Shown here: positions 26,359 to 40,446 of the stretch, piece after piece
Layout: every line of letters begins with the position of its first letter
How positions within the stretch are numbered: the first letter of the stretch is position 1
NCBI GenBank assembly: GCA_951406725.2
Contig: OX597825.1
Coordinates: forward strand, 67,580,001 to 67,644,000
DNA length: 64,000 nucleotides
Direction: 5' to 3'
Source: Octopus vulgaris
Taxonomy: Eukaryota
Notes under the pieces: generated by a model
What the model was told of the DNA's origin: nothing
Databases searched by the model: none
What the model saw: the letters and a program-made list of their open reading frames with translations, nothing else
Made by a program: the position numbers and the translations under genes

Positions 26359-27072
26359 GATATAATATAATATAATAAATGCGAAAACTAATTTCTGTGT
26401 GTCACTGTGTCACACTTTGACGCCCTATGTTACTATTCAATGCCAGTAGTACTATTGCTCATGTTGGGGTGAGAGTAATAGTAGACATAGAGACAAAGAG
26501 GGCAGTGTCGAAGACAGACACACAGAGAGGGACAGACAGAGAGAGAGAGAGAGAAAGAAAAAGAAATGGAAAGAATGAGAGACAAAGTAATTTAGGGAGA
26601 GTTGATGAAGTTTTATCAAAAGTAGTAGTGTTGATGGTGACAGTGGGAGTAATAAGAGAGACAAAGAGTGGGTATGTGAGAGGAAGAGGGACTGAACACT
26701 GAACAAGCATGCTGAAATAACGATAGTACGAGCTGTAGTTGTGATAGAGGCGATAGAGGTGATAGCGATAGTACGAGCTGTAGTTGTGATAGAGGCGGAA
26801 GCGGTGGTGATGTGATGGTGGTGGCAGCCAAGGCGATCAGGGAAGTGAAAGATGGTAGTGATGGTGGCGGAGAGGAAGGCAGCGAAATCAAAGGTATTGA
26901 TTGATGGTGGTGTTAGAAGTCCGAGTGGTGTGTGTATGGCAGATGTCGTGACGATGGTGGTGGTACTGCTGTTTATCAGGCAGCTTTGCAATAAGCTCCA
27001 AGTCGAAAAATTATATCATCATTGTTTTGCTGAAAATTCTTCATTGCAGGAGAAATATTGTTCAAGTTTAAA

Positions 27073-27292
27073 GACGGCGAGCTGGCAGAAACGTGTGTAC
27101 GCCGCGCGAAATGCTTAACGGAATTTCGTCTGTCTTAACGTTCTAAGTTCAAGTTCCGCCGAGGTCGACTTTGCCTTTCATCCTCTCAGGGTCGATAAAT
27201 TAAGCACCAGTTGTGTACTGGGGTCAATCAAACCGACTGGTACACTCCCCCAAAATTTCGAGACGTGTGCCTAGAGTAGGAACGAATATTGT
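27073..27292 (+). mobile_element. SINE family B
   Basis: gacggcgagctggcagaaacg...gttcaagttccgccgaggtcgactttgcctttcatcc. Confidence 0.85.
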
Positions 27293-27435
27293 TCAAATTT
27301 AATAAAATTTAATATATATTCAATGCACGAATTGACCTTAAAATCCACCCTATCGGGCGCATATGTACATGTGTATGTGTGTGTACATGTATATGTGTTT
27401 GCACGTGTGTGTGTGTGTGTGTGTGGAAAAGATTC

Positions 27436-27481
27436 CACGGTCTGACGAAGGTAAAACATCGGGAACTTCAAAGTCACTGTG
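27436..27481 (+). ncRNA. Degenerate type I HHR
   Basis: cacggt-CTGACGA-aggtaaaacatcg-GGA-ACTtcaaAGT-C-actgtg; GAA mutated to GGA. Confidence 0.55.
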
Positions 27482-27589
27482 AAGCTTTTCCTGGTAAAAG
27501 CTCATAACTGCGTACTCCATTGAAAGGTACTGAGTAATCTTCCAGTCTAATGCTAAATTTATATATATATATATATATGTATGTATATA

Positions 27590-27663
<74 letters not shown>

Positions 27664-27752
27664 GAGGTAAACAATATTATATATATATATGAATATATTA
27701 GAAATATATATGAATATATTTATATATATATGTATATACATATACATATATA

Positions 27753-27792
<40 letters not shown>

Positions 27793-27804
27793 AATACATA
27801 TATA

Positions 27805-27926
<122 letters not shown>

Positions 27927-28202
27927 TGTGTGTGTGTGTGTGGCTTGCATGCTTTTTAAGCGTTGCAAATAGTTATATGTTACCGATATTTTCTTCGACA
28001 GAAGTTGGTATTTTTCTCTGACGTAGATCTAAGAGGATTATAAAATGGTCAAATTGAGTCTAGATTTCCCGTTCACGGTTGTATAAAAACCTCTGATGTA
28101 ACTATTGTGTTTACATTTCACTGCGATGTTAAAAATGTTTATTACTCAAGGTATACCTTACATCATACAATATACATTTGTGTGTGTGAGTATGTATGCA
28201 GT

Positions 28203-28237
<35 letters not shown>

Positions 28238-28529
28238 ACACATATATGTGTATGTTTGTGTGTGCACACAAACGAAACATACGGTTACATATAGATAAAT
28301 ATGTACATAAAATACGTTAATATATATCTCTCTGTATATACTTATATCTATGTATGTATACACACACACACACATGTATATATATATATTTGCTTCTAAG
28401 TACGTACTCTAATATACATGTAATTAAATAATGATGCAAATATAAGAATAATGTTAATGGTAGATACGGTGTATCAGTGTTACGTATTTATACAAGTATG
28501 TGTCTTTTTATCGTATATTATGGGTGTAA

Positions 28530-28615
<86 letters not shown>

Positions 28616-28662
28616 AGACAGATAGCTTACAGCAGCGCTGCTCAAACATCACCCAACTTGCG

Positions 28663-28752
<90 letters not shown>

Positions 28753-29714
28753 CATATACTCATACATATATGTATGTATATATGCATGTGTGTATATGCT
28801 TGTATATACATATACACACACACAAGCACAACATATATATTGATATGTAGATAAACAAATAAGTTTAACTATACACATGTCTTTATACGTGTGCGTATGC
28901 ATTTTGTATATACCTCTAAACACATTACTCACATACATGTAATCACATATAGATGCGTATACGAGATGCAAAGAATAATTTTAATGGTAAGCAAGGCTGT
29001 TCAGCAATCAATGTAATGCGATATAAAGCTCTTGTCAATAAAAGAAGTTTGTAGACATTTCGGCGATAATGGCAGTACTTTATGATACAACATTATCCAA
29101 ATAACACAGAGAAAATTCAATTCAACCTTTTTTACGCTCTTTGTGCTCAGTTTTATAACTTTTTTTGTTTTGCTTTATTTTTCTCTAGTACTACCGTAAG
29201 TTAGGAACTAAGCTATATACTAAAACGTTTCATATTGTCTTGGTCTCTATTTTAACATTTTCTGGGGGGAAATTTAGAAGTTCTCGTGATATTTTGTTTA
29301 TTCTCATTACTTTTGTTCAATTTCGTATTTCCTTTTGTTTTTACTTCGAAATTTCAATTCAAATATTTTAATGCTATATAAATTCAATGTACCACTGGCC
29401 GGCCCCGATTATAATATAGTCTTTTTACGATATTCAGAAATCGCATTCTCAACTCAACTAACTTTAAGCTTTATACAGTTCTCTGATCCTGGTTTTATAA
29501 CTCTATGATACAAATGTGATATTTTATATTTTATTTACTTTCCCGTACAATGGCTGGTGGGAGTAAATTAAGATCTGAGAAATTTAACAATTTGTATATG
29601 TAGCTCTGAAGAGATTAGAAAACAAAACCTTCAAATAATTAAACTAATATACTTTATTGAAACTCATATATGCATACAGATATATTACCTTCTTCGTTGC
29701 TGAAAATCCCCAAA

Positions 29715-30115
29715 ATACACACAGTTGTAACTGCCGTCCTGGGTCCATCTATCCTCTACAAATCCATTGTAGAAGGTCTAATGTAATTTATAAATGCACC
29801 GTCCTCAACACAATTACACAATTCCACAGCAATATATATAGTGTCAAACATACACAGCAATATGCCGCTCACCTCACTTCTTTTAGATACGAGAAACATT
29901 AAATTCACAACACTCACCAGTCACATACATCTCTCAAAAATAGAAATATTCCCTACATTTTGTCATGGTCCATAATAAATTCGGAACTTCCATACCAAAA
30001 TCAACGCTTAACCTATAAGCTGTGCCTTACAAAGGTATTTCACATATTAAACCACAAATCCTCAACACTACTAAACAAATATGAGGTACTAAGTACATGC
30101 AACCACCGCTTTTTT
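29715..30115 (+). pseudogene. Penelope-like element GIY-YIG endonuclease C-terminal fragment
   Basis: CNCRPGSIYPLQIHCRRSNVIYKCTV...HLTSFR and LSWSII...PY...KLCLTKVFHIL...LLNKYEVLSTCNHR motifs; stops present. Confidence 0.8.
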
Positions 30116-30391
30116 CATACCTTCATAATTTATCACAAATCTAAATGCAACCTAAATTACCACATAGTATATATCCATAACATCCCTTAGGTAATCCCCA
30201 ACAACCCTAATTATCTCCATTTTAATTTTTAATCTTTAATTAACTCCCCTATCTTACTTTAAGAATCACAATCATTTAATACTAAAGATATGAACATACA
30301 TGCGAATACATGTGGATGTGTTAAATGTGTGTACAGGTATTTTATCTATTTATGCATTTGTATCTAGGTATATGCATATATATACATATAC

Positions 30392-30494
<103 letters not shown>

Positions 30495-30789
30495 GTACGC
30501 ATTCAATAACAAGGGGATTTCTATATGTATGTATGTATGTATGTGTGTATGTATGTGTGTATGTGTGTAGAGTTGTTTATCGCAGTCAGTAAAATGTAGA
30601 TTGTAAGAAATAATACAGAAGTGTAACTATCTATAGGCGCACTTTGATATTAACACTGAAGATTGGTTTTGCTTATTGTTTGCTGAAAGGGCAACCCAGC
30701 TGTCAGTTTCAAGATTAATTATTTAATCAGATGAAATCTGTTAGTTGACTGTAGTGGGCAATTCTTATAGTCTCGAACGACAGTAAACA

Positions 30790-30884
30790 ATGGACCCTGA
30801 AGAAGCTGCACCGACAATGAACGCGAGATGCATACTTAACTTAAGAGTTTGAAATGGTTGCAGCCGAAACGAGTGTAGAGCCAT
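30790..30884 (+). ncRNA. Type I HHR with long stem II
   Basis: atggacc-CTGAAGA-agctgca...tgcagcc-GAA-ACgagtGT-A-gagccat. Confidence 0.65.
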
Positions 30885-31133
30885 GAAGAGTGATGAAAAT
30901 TACTGTATGATAAAATATGACTATGCAAATCTATGCAAATTTACGGAAACAATGAAGTCCCTAAAAGGACATTCGGACTTAGCAAGCGATGATAATAACC
31001 GAGTCTTGTAAATTATGACTAACTTGGGTATCACTAACATTCGTTAGCCGGCATTGAGAACCGATCTGAGAGTTAACACGCTAACCGCCAAGATTATATA
31101 TCCTTTGAAAATATTTTGGGAAATATATATATA

Positions 31134-31176
<43 letters not shown>

Positions 31177-31184
31177 GAGCAATA

Positions 31185-31516
31185 TGCCCCCCGTCCATTG
31201 GAAGGTGTTGAGTTGTCAAACATTTAAACCAAATTTTCTCAAAACAACTTGTCCGACCGTCCCATAGGTCTCCCCTTTGAGAAACAGTGATTTAACCTAA
31301 ATTTGAGAAACCAGCAAAAGAAGAAATAAAGATAGACTATTTTTCTATTCCAAAGAAAGATTTATCGATCGCATTCTCACCTGGAATCGGTTTTTGTAAT
31401 TTTTTCAAGACTTATATACGCCCTGATACCGTCGGTATCTACATATTAAATTTGAGCGCAATCGGATGGAGGATGCTCGAGATCCTAGAAGACACACAGA
31501 CAGACAGAACAGATTC

Positions 31517-31522
<6 letters not shown>
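31185..31522 (-). mobile_element. Second, internally deleted copy of the Helitron/DINE-like element
   Basis: Reverse complement of 24795-24960 joined to 25165-25335. Confidence 0.7.
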
Positions 31523-31583
<61 letters not shown>

Positions 31584-32089
31584 CATATATATGTATGTAT
31601 ATGTATGTATACATACATACATGTATATATATATGTATATACATATAAGCGTGTATGTGTATAATTATTATGATAATAGGTATAATTGTGTATGCGCTCT
31701 AATGAATAATTAGTCGTCAGTGTGCTGGCCTATTAAAATTAGCATGAAAATAGTTTTCATCGTATTATATTTATTACTATCATTATTCTGAAATCTTATT
31801 AGAATTCTGTCTTCGAATTTTAAAGTTTAATATGGATAGATAGTTGACGGTTTTAAATTCAAGATCTTGCAACCAACCGGAAACTTTCTGAATGTCACGA
31901 CATTTCAAATATTTATGCTAATATCTGATATAAGAACTGTAAATCTTATATGGCTTGCGTGTTGCGGAATCTATAGCATGGGTAGATAACTTATTAGCAA
32001 GTTCATTCCTGTGAGCATAATAATTCTATGTTTATGGTAATACACACTCGCACACATACACCCACACACAAACAATCGTACACACAAGC

Positions 32090-32126
<37 letters not shown>

Positions 32127-32447
32127 TCTTTATATATATGTGTGTGTGTAGGTATGTATGTATGTATACATGTATATCTTATATGTATGTATGTATGAAT
32201 GTATACGTATATACGTAGGCGGTTTAATATGTGAACTCCATTCATTCCACCATTTATTCAATATGTTTTCAATTTAGTGCAAGTACATTTTAACAAGTAG
32301 TCAGAGAAATCGTTACATGCACGCACATGCAAATATACGTATACGTATATATGGGTGTGAGTACATATATATACAATATATATATATATATTATATATAT
32401 GTGTGTATATATATATATATATGTGTGTGTCTCTGTGTGGGGGGGGG

Positions 32448-32968
32448 GTACTGAAACCAACTTGCACTATAGGTAATAACGCGTGCTTGAAGACGTTAAA
32501 AGCGGAAAGCACTTGCGCATCATCTATAAAAGCAAAAGCCACTCACATTTTGTGAAATCTCTTCCCAAAGGTTAGAGCCTTTCGACTTTCTAAAAGGGTT
32601 CTTTTCTCAATCCTTAACTCTTTGAGAAAAAATCTTCTCTTCTCCAAACATGTATATATATATATATATATATATATTTATGACGCAACGTCAGTGAGTC
32701 TAGTGCAGCGCTGCTGCTAACTCGTTCTCTCTCACACTCTCTCTTTATATATATATATATATATATATACATGTTTGGAGAGAAGATTTTTTCTCAAAGA
32801 GTTAAGGATGGGGAAAGAACCCTTTTAGAACGTCGAAAGGCTCTAACCTTTGGGAAAAAATTTCACAAAATGTGTGTAGGCTTTTGCTTTTAAAGATGCG
32901 CAAGTGCTCTCAGTTCTTAACGTTTTAAAGCACGTGTTATGACCTACAGTGCAAGTTGTTTTCAGTAC
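32448..32968. repeat. Large inverted repeat (~205-bp arms, ~110-bp TA-flanked spacer)
   Basis: 32448-32655 is complementary to 32765-32968 with scattered mismatches. Confidence 0.9.
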
Positions 32969-32996
32969 ACACACACACACACACATATATATATAC

Positions 32997-33037
<41 letters not shown>

Positions 33038-33038
33038 C

Positions 33039-33112
<74 letters not shown>

Positions 33113-33666
33113 ATATATACATATGTGTGTGTGTGTAAATATTCATACTTACATACGTATAATTATATATATAAAAATATACGAATAATGAACACAAACT
33201 CATGGTATATATGTATGTAAGTTATTCACAATAAGTATGTGTATCCGTTTTATATGCATGTTCCCATGTTCATACACGCACGTGAACTTCCTGTAAGCGG
33301 AAAAAATTGATCGATGTACATATATGTATTCAACCATGCCTGTGTACCAATATATATGTGTGTACGTTTCTGTGTTTGTGCTAGTTTAATTTGGCTTAGT
33401 ACATGCATACATACATACATACGTAAACATGCGAGTACTTGAACTCTGTTTCGTTGACATATGGAGGCTCGATGCATTCCTTCTGTACTATTTTGATGTT
33501 TATATCTGCTTGTCTCTAGCGTTTAATCCTCTGGGATGAAACATACACTCGGATACTGGTGTGACACCCCATCCTATACTTGTATATTCAAAACAACAAA
33601 CACGCGGAAAAATACTAACATTCACACACATAAACATACATACATGCATGTACTCATACACATATC

Positions 33667-33729
<63 letters not shown>

Positions 33730-34402
33730 ATGTATATATATGTATGTAATTATTGTATATAAATATATAATTATCGACTGCACATACATTTAGTATATAC
33801 GGTCGATAATCCTTATGACACTAGCGTCGATTCATAACTGAATATATACGTGTGTGTGTATGTGTGTCAATGTGTGTGCGTGTATCTGTGTATATGCATG
33901 TATGCATATATACATATATATACAGATATTTTGCATACATATATGTATGTACCTATAAAGAGAGAGATCGATATATGTATATATATACATACATACACAT
34001 ACATATACGTGTTACTATATATATGTATGTGTGTATATATGTGTGAGCAAGTGTGTTTGTGCCGTCGTGTGTGTGTGTGCGTTTAATTGCATAACGATAT
34101 ACATACACGACAGAGTATGGCAAACGTCGAATACTTTCAGTATGCAAAAAAATCTATAAATGCTCAATGGCATCCATGCCAGTTCTCACGTGCCTGTGCA
34201 CATAACTATGTATCTACATGCATTTGTATACCAAGTACATGCGCAAGAATATATACAAATATATATATATATATATATATATATTCACGTGCTTATATAC
34301 ACACACACACATTTATATATATATATATATGCATGTGCTTATATACACACACACGTTTATATATATATGCGTACAGATATGTAGATAGATAGATAGATAG
34401 AT

Positions 34403-34578
<176 letters not shown>

Positions 34579-34634
34579 CGATGGATGGATACAAACGTGC
34601 AGAAACAAATATATGCATACAGATACGTTTTAAT

Positions 34635-34669
<35 letters not shown>

Positions 34670-34835
34670 AGTGTGTGTGCATGTGTGTATGCATGTATGT
34701 ATGAACGTATGCTACGTAAGTATATGCAGAGATGGTCACCTAAATATGTACTCACAAACACTATACATGAAATACATACACAACCACACACACATATTAA
34801 CACACAAACATACAATTATTCATATGTAAATATAC

Positions 34836-34922
<87 letters not shown>

Positions 34923-35086
34923 TATACATATACATATACATACAAACAAGCCTGATCACTCTGTTGATGTTGTCAAAATGCCAATGAACGAGTTTTGTTT
35001 CTAAGTAAGAAAATGGTTCTTTGGTATGATATCAGAAAAATCTGAAGAAAACAAAGAACCTGTGTGCTTGACCCAGTATGTGCGTT

Positions 35087-35130
<44 letters not shown>

Positions 35131-35621
35131 TGTGTGTTTGTGTTTGTGTGTGTTGTGTGTTAGTATCCTGTAACATTTTGGAACAGTTAAAAAGTATATA
35201 AATTTTATACGCGTATAGTGTGTAATAAGTGCGTGAGAGCAGTGTTATGAATCAAACAAACATTTAGATGGCTATGTCACAAACATAGTTGAGCAGCTCA
35301 TAACGTTTGTGTATTATGCAACAGTATTTTCACATGTCAACTACATAGTTTGTTTTAGCCTGGTCGGCGTCGAAAGAAATTTATTCGTAATTTATACAGA
35401 TTTTCTATGAGGAAGACTTCACTTCCAGATTCATTTCGAGGCTGTGGTTGTTGTGGCACACGACACTGATAATAGCCAAACAGCTTCAAATTCATTCATC
35501 ATTTCGTCAGATAACTCGTAGTGGCTTGACACCTAGGCCTAAACCAAGGACATTCTCCAAGGCAAACTCCAGTAAACAACGTATTTTTTATACGCCAAAT
35601 ATCTGATCTAAACACTTTATG

Positions 35622-36030
<409 letters not shown>

Positions 36031-36353
36031 GTGGATTAACTGTTGAACTGGACGGACGTCTATTTGTTTCTCTCCGAGTCAGTAGCAAGCTACACAGCTT
36101 CAAAACTAACTGACCTTAAATATATATATATTTGTAACCACGTGTTTGCCTACAAACCCGTAAGTACGTTTTCATTTAACTACAAATTGTTATATACACC
36201 TGTTTTTCTTTTAATATCCTCAAACAACCAAATAATCAAAAACTCACACCCTTAAGAGAGAACATTTATATATATATACACTTCTTTAACTCCCAAGAAA
36301 GAATATATATATTTTCAAAAATCAAAAGGAAAACAAACAAAAGAAAAACAAAC

Positions 36354-37607
36354 ATGACTAACTTGCAGGCCTGCAACAGACGAAATTGGTCTGATAACGA
36401 AATTGATGTTTTAATAAACACATGGCTCTCTCTTTCCCAAACAGAAAATCTAAATGTCTTGTGTTTGAATGAGATTGCCGAAAAAACATCACAAGTGGTC
36501 AACACACGATCCGTCAAACAGATTCGTAGCAAGTTGAAACATATCGAAGTATCTTTCAAACTGATAAGAGGCCATTATGAAAAGCTTCTACATATTTTCA
36601 CAGTTCAAGAACAACAACAGCTAGAAAATCAGCAGCCACAACAACAACAACAACAGAATGAGCCACTCCTGGTTCCTAGCACAATGGCTGACCCTGACAT
36701 CGGTCAGGCACAACAACAACAACAACAGCCACAGCAACAAGAACAACAACAGCCACAGCAACAAGAACAACAACAGCCACTCCTCAACTCTAGCTTACTA
36801 GACGATTCACTAAATGCCAGTATCTTTTCACCGCTCTCACAGCAACCACCACAATTATCATCATCATCATCACCACCGCTGCCACCATCGTCTTCTATCA
36901 CCAAAAATACCAACAGAAAACCAAATAAGAAACCACTGCCCTCTTCCCCCACATCACCACCTCAATACTACTGCAGTAACAAAAACTTAAAGAAACATAG
37001 GAAGCAGAATGCGCCCCCCACGGCACAAACAAGAAATCCCCAAATATGCCGCTATTCACTGCGCCAGAGACTCTGCACAAATAGTGACTGCATCTTCACG
37101 CATCTACCCGGCACTAGACGCACTACCGGCCAAGGCCAAAGCACGCATCCCACAATAACATCAACACCACCAAATAGTAAATCGAAATTCAAAACACACA
37201 CAACTCGGAGTCCCAAAATCTGCCGGTATTCCCAACGTGAGAGAACATGTCTACTGAGTGACTGTCCCTTCACTCATCTTCCAGGGACCCGACGCACAAA
37301 CAGAAACGGGGCCTCAAGCCAACACACAAACCTGAATAACAATAAAAATAGAAACACACCATGCTGCAGTAATGCTGGTCCAGTCTTTTCAGGAAGACAC
37401 AAAAACAACAACAACAAAAGTGGAAACTACAACCCTATCCAACAGTGCAACCACACCTCCAGCCAAAAACTGCTCCCTAAGCAGGAAAATTCTTTTTTAG
37501 CCATGTTGAACATGGCAAAAGAGATACACAAAAACATTCTAGCCATCACTCAACACCATCCTATGCTATTACCCCAGTGCACCAATTCCCCACATTGCTG
37601 CCACTAA
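36354..37607 (+). CDS. LINE ORF1: Myb/SANT(trihelix)-like N-terminus, polyQ, Pro/Ser linker, two CCCH zinc fingers
   Basis: NWSDNEIDVLINTW...EIAEK...RSVKQIRSKLKHI; CRYSLRQRLCTNSDCIFTH and CRYSQRERTCLLSDCPFTH; 417 aa intact. Confidence 0.85.
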   Translation: MTNLQACNRRNWSDNEIDVLINTWLSLSQTENLNVLCLNEIAEKTSQVVNTRSVKQIRSKLKHIEVSFKLIRGHYEKLLHIFTVQEQQQLENQQPQQQQQQNEPLLVPSTMADPDIGQAQQQQQQPQQQEQQQPQQQEQQQPLLNSSLLDDSLNASIFSPLSQQPPQLSSSSSPPLPPSSSITKNTNRKPNKKPLPSSPTSPPQYYCSNKNLKKHRKQNAPPTAQTRNPQICRYSLRQRLCTNSDCIFTHLPGTRRTTGQGQSTHPTITSTPPNSKSKFKTHTTRSPKICRYSQRERTCLLSDCPFTHLPGTRRTNRNGASSQHTNLNNNKNRNTPCCSNAGPVFSGRHKNNNNKSGNYNPIQQCNHTSSQKLLPKQENSFLAMLNMAKEIHKNILAITQHHPMLLPQCTNSPHCCH

Positions 37608-39180
37608 CACACACAAAAAATCCAAGCCCCCTGCAACAGTCAAAACCAGCCACTACACTAACCTCCACATTCCTACTCAATGCACAAGGTGTCAGCCCTT
37701 CCATCAATGCACAAAAATGGAAGGTCCAATTCATTGAAGACTGGGTTGGTAACCATTCACACCACATCCCTTTCTTCATTCTCACTGAGACCCACCTTGA
37801 CAACTCCCACTTGGAAGCCGAAGTGAGAGTGAAGAATTTCACAACCATCCGCGCGGATCGTATCGGCAGGAGGAAGGGTGGAACTGCCATTTTCCTGCAT
37901 GATTCATTTACGGCAGATGGAAATAGTATATTCTCCAACGGCTACTGTGAATCAGTCACCGTGCACAACAAAGCCAATGATCTGACAGTAATTGGGCTCT
38001 ATAGGCCGCCCCAAACACCCATACTGTGCTTTAAGGAATGCCTCAACAGCATTAAGTGCTTTATTCAACAGTGCCATTCTAGCAACATACTCATGATGGG
38101 AGACTTCAATCTACCCTGTGTTGACTGGACTACAAACTGTTTGAAACCAAGCACTCCCGCCTCAACCGCTGACAAAGAAGCAGCAGAGTCACTTTTCGAC
38201 TTTACGAATGAGTTTTTCTTGTCCCAACTTGTCCTTGCACCAACAAGACATCAGAACATTTTGGACCTAGTGTTTAGTAACCACACTAACACTATACATA
38301 ACGTTACAGTGGAAAAAACCCTTCTTTCAGACCATGACATGGTTCTCTGTAACATGAAATTCCACCAGCCGAAAGCTAATCCTAGTGACCTTCCTCCAGC
38401 CCACCCATTTGACAACATGGATCTCCATAAAGCCAACTGGGATGCAATCAGGAACGAGCTATCAAATGTTGACTGGTCCTTTACACATACACACATCTCC
38501 ACCAACCATAAAACATCTTGGCAGATCTTTGTAGACACCGTCACAGACATATGTGCAAAACACTCCCCACCAAGACCTGTGAACAAAAAGTGCAGAATCC
38601 CCCAAAACAGAAAAACCATTATCAGAAAAATAAAAAGAACAAACAAAAAAATTAACAAACTAAAGTACTGCCAACAGCAACACACACATTCGACGGCTAT
38701 CGCACTGCTTGAATCCAAAAAATATAACCTCCAACAATGCATGAAGTCCCTCATCAATAACCAAAGATCAGCTGAGGAGAAGTGGGCCATTGAAAAAATC
38801 AAACTCAACCCCAAAGTGTTCTTTTCATTTGCGAGGAAACGCAGGGTCACTATCTCCACTGTAGGCCCTCTAATTGACGAAACTGGCACTCTCCAAGATA
38901 ATGCCAAATCCATGGCCGAGATACTGCAGAAACAATACTGCTCTGTTTTCAGCAATCCTGATATGGCCGATCTGGGCTGTATCAGTGATGTCAACCCCCA
39001 ACACACTATATCGGACATAACGTTTAGTGCCCCTGATGTCTTAGCGGCGATAAACGAAATAAAACACAATTCAGCAGTAGGCCCCGATAGGTTCCCTGCT
39101 TGTGTCCTGAAGGTGTGTCGACACCAACTTGCATCTCCCCTTGCTAATCTGTGGAGAAACTCACTGGATGCTGGCTATAC
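37481..39180 (+). CDS. LINE ORF2 N-terminal part: APE endonuclease, linker and start of RT
   Basis: LNAQG, LTETHL, RADR..RKGGGT-like, GLYRPP, MGDFN, PTR..NILDLVF, SDH motifs; SAVGPD..PACVLK; frame open from 37481. Confidence 0.92.
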
Positions 39181-40095
39181 ATCATCAAGCACAGCAACAT
39201 AAAAATCTTTGCAGATGACTCCAAGCTACAGAAGGTCATAAATGAGGCGAGTGACCGGACATGCCTTCAGTCAGATCTACTGGCTGTTATCCAATGGGCA
39301 GAAAAAAACAATATGCTGCTGAACGAGGATAAATTTGAGCTAATCCACTTTGGAAAAGAGGATGCCCTGAAACTCCCATACTCCCTTCCTTCAGGTGAAA
39401 CTCTCGCGGCGTCCAACAACATCAGAGACTTGGGAGTAATTGTGGACAACAACGTAAGCTGGGCCACTCATATAAACACCAAAGTTGACATGGCCTGCAG
39501 AATGTGTTCCTGGATTCTCAGAACTTTCCAGTCGAGAGATATCCACACCATTATCCTTCTCTTCTCCACTTTTGCCCGACCCCACCTTGAATACTGTTGT
39601 CCACTGTGGTCTCCCCACACAATACAAGGTATCATAAAAGTCGAAGCACCTCAAAGGGCAATCACAAAAAAGATAGATGGCATGACAGGCCTCGACTATT
39701 GGGGTCGACTAGAAAAGCTAAAACTCTATTCTCTCCAACGTCGTCGTGAGCGCTACATCATCTGCATGATGTGGAAAATATTCCATCAGCATTGCCCAAA
39801 TGATGTTGGCATCACCTTTAAGGTACATCCAAGGCTTGGGCCCCGTGCCATCCGCCCAAAACAAAAATCGCACTCTCATCTCATAACAACAATACGGCAC
39901 AATTATTTCACCTCAATTGGCCCCGCTCTCTTTAACATTACACCAAAACACATTAAAACAGAAACTGACCCTATAGGGTTCAAGAAGTCTTTGGACAGAT
40001 TCCTTCAAGAAATCCCGGATAAACCCCCTACACCCGGATATGTCTCTGTAAACAATAACTCTCTACTTGAGTGGGCCATAGTGCCCAAATTCTGA
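39181..40095 (+). CDS. LINE ORF2 C-terminal part (RT FADD onward), frameshifted by the deletion
   Basis: IFADDSKL, LQSDL..W, RDLGV, RPHLEYCCPLWSP, LKLYSLQRRRER. Confidence 0.92.
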   Translation: MIKHSNIKIFADDSKLQKVINEASDRTCLQSDLLAVIQWAEKNNMLLNEDKFELIHFGKEDALKLPYSLPSGETLAASNNIRDLGVIVDNNVSWATHINTKVDMACRMCSWILRTFQSRDIHTIILLFSTFARPHLEYCCPLWSPHTIQGIIKVEAPQRAITKKIDGMTGLDYWGRLEKLKLYSLQRRRERYIICMMWKIFHQHCPNDVGITFKVHPRLGPRAIRPKQKSHSHLITTIRHNYFTSIGPALFNITPKHIKTETDPIGFKKSLDRFLQEIPDKPPTPGYVSVNNNSLLEWAIVPKF

Positions 40096-40181
40096 CTTGA
40101 AAGACTTCACCAGGTGGTGCTATTAAGTTAGACATGGCCTGGGCCAATAATGGCCGAAACCTATCAAAGTATCAAAGTAAG

Positions 40182-40446
<265 letters not shown>

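Noticed and set aside
26452-26991. 179-aa Thr/Ser/Leu-rich ORF
   Set aside because: Low-complexity purine-rich DNA with a short local duplication
30653-30702. CTGAAGA...GAAAgggcaaccc possible HHR
   Set aside because: Lacks U16.1 and convincing stems I and II
38251-39069. 272-aa minus-strand ORF
   Set aside because: Antisense shadow of LINE ORF2
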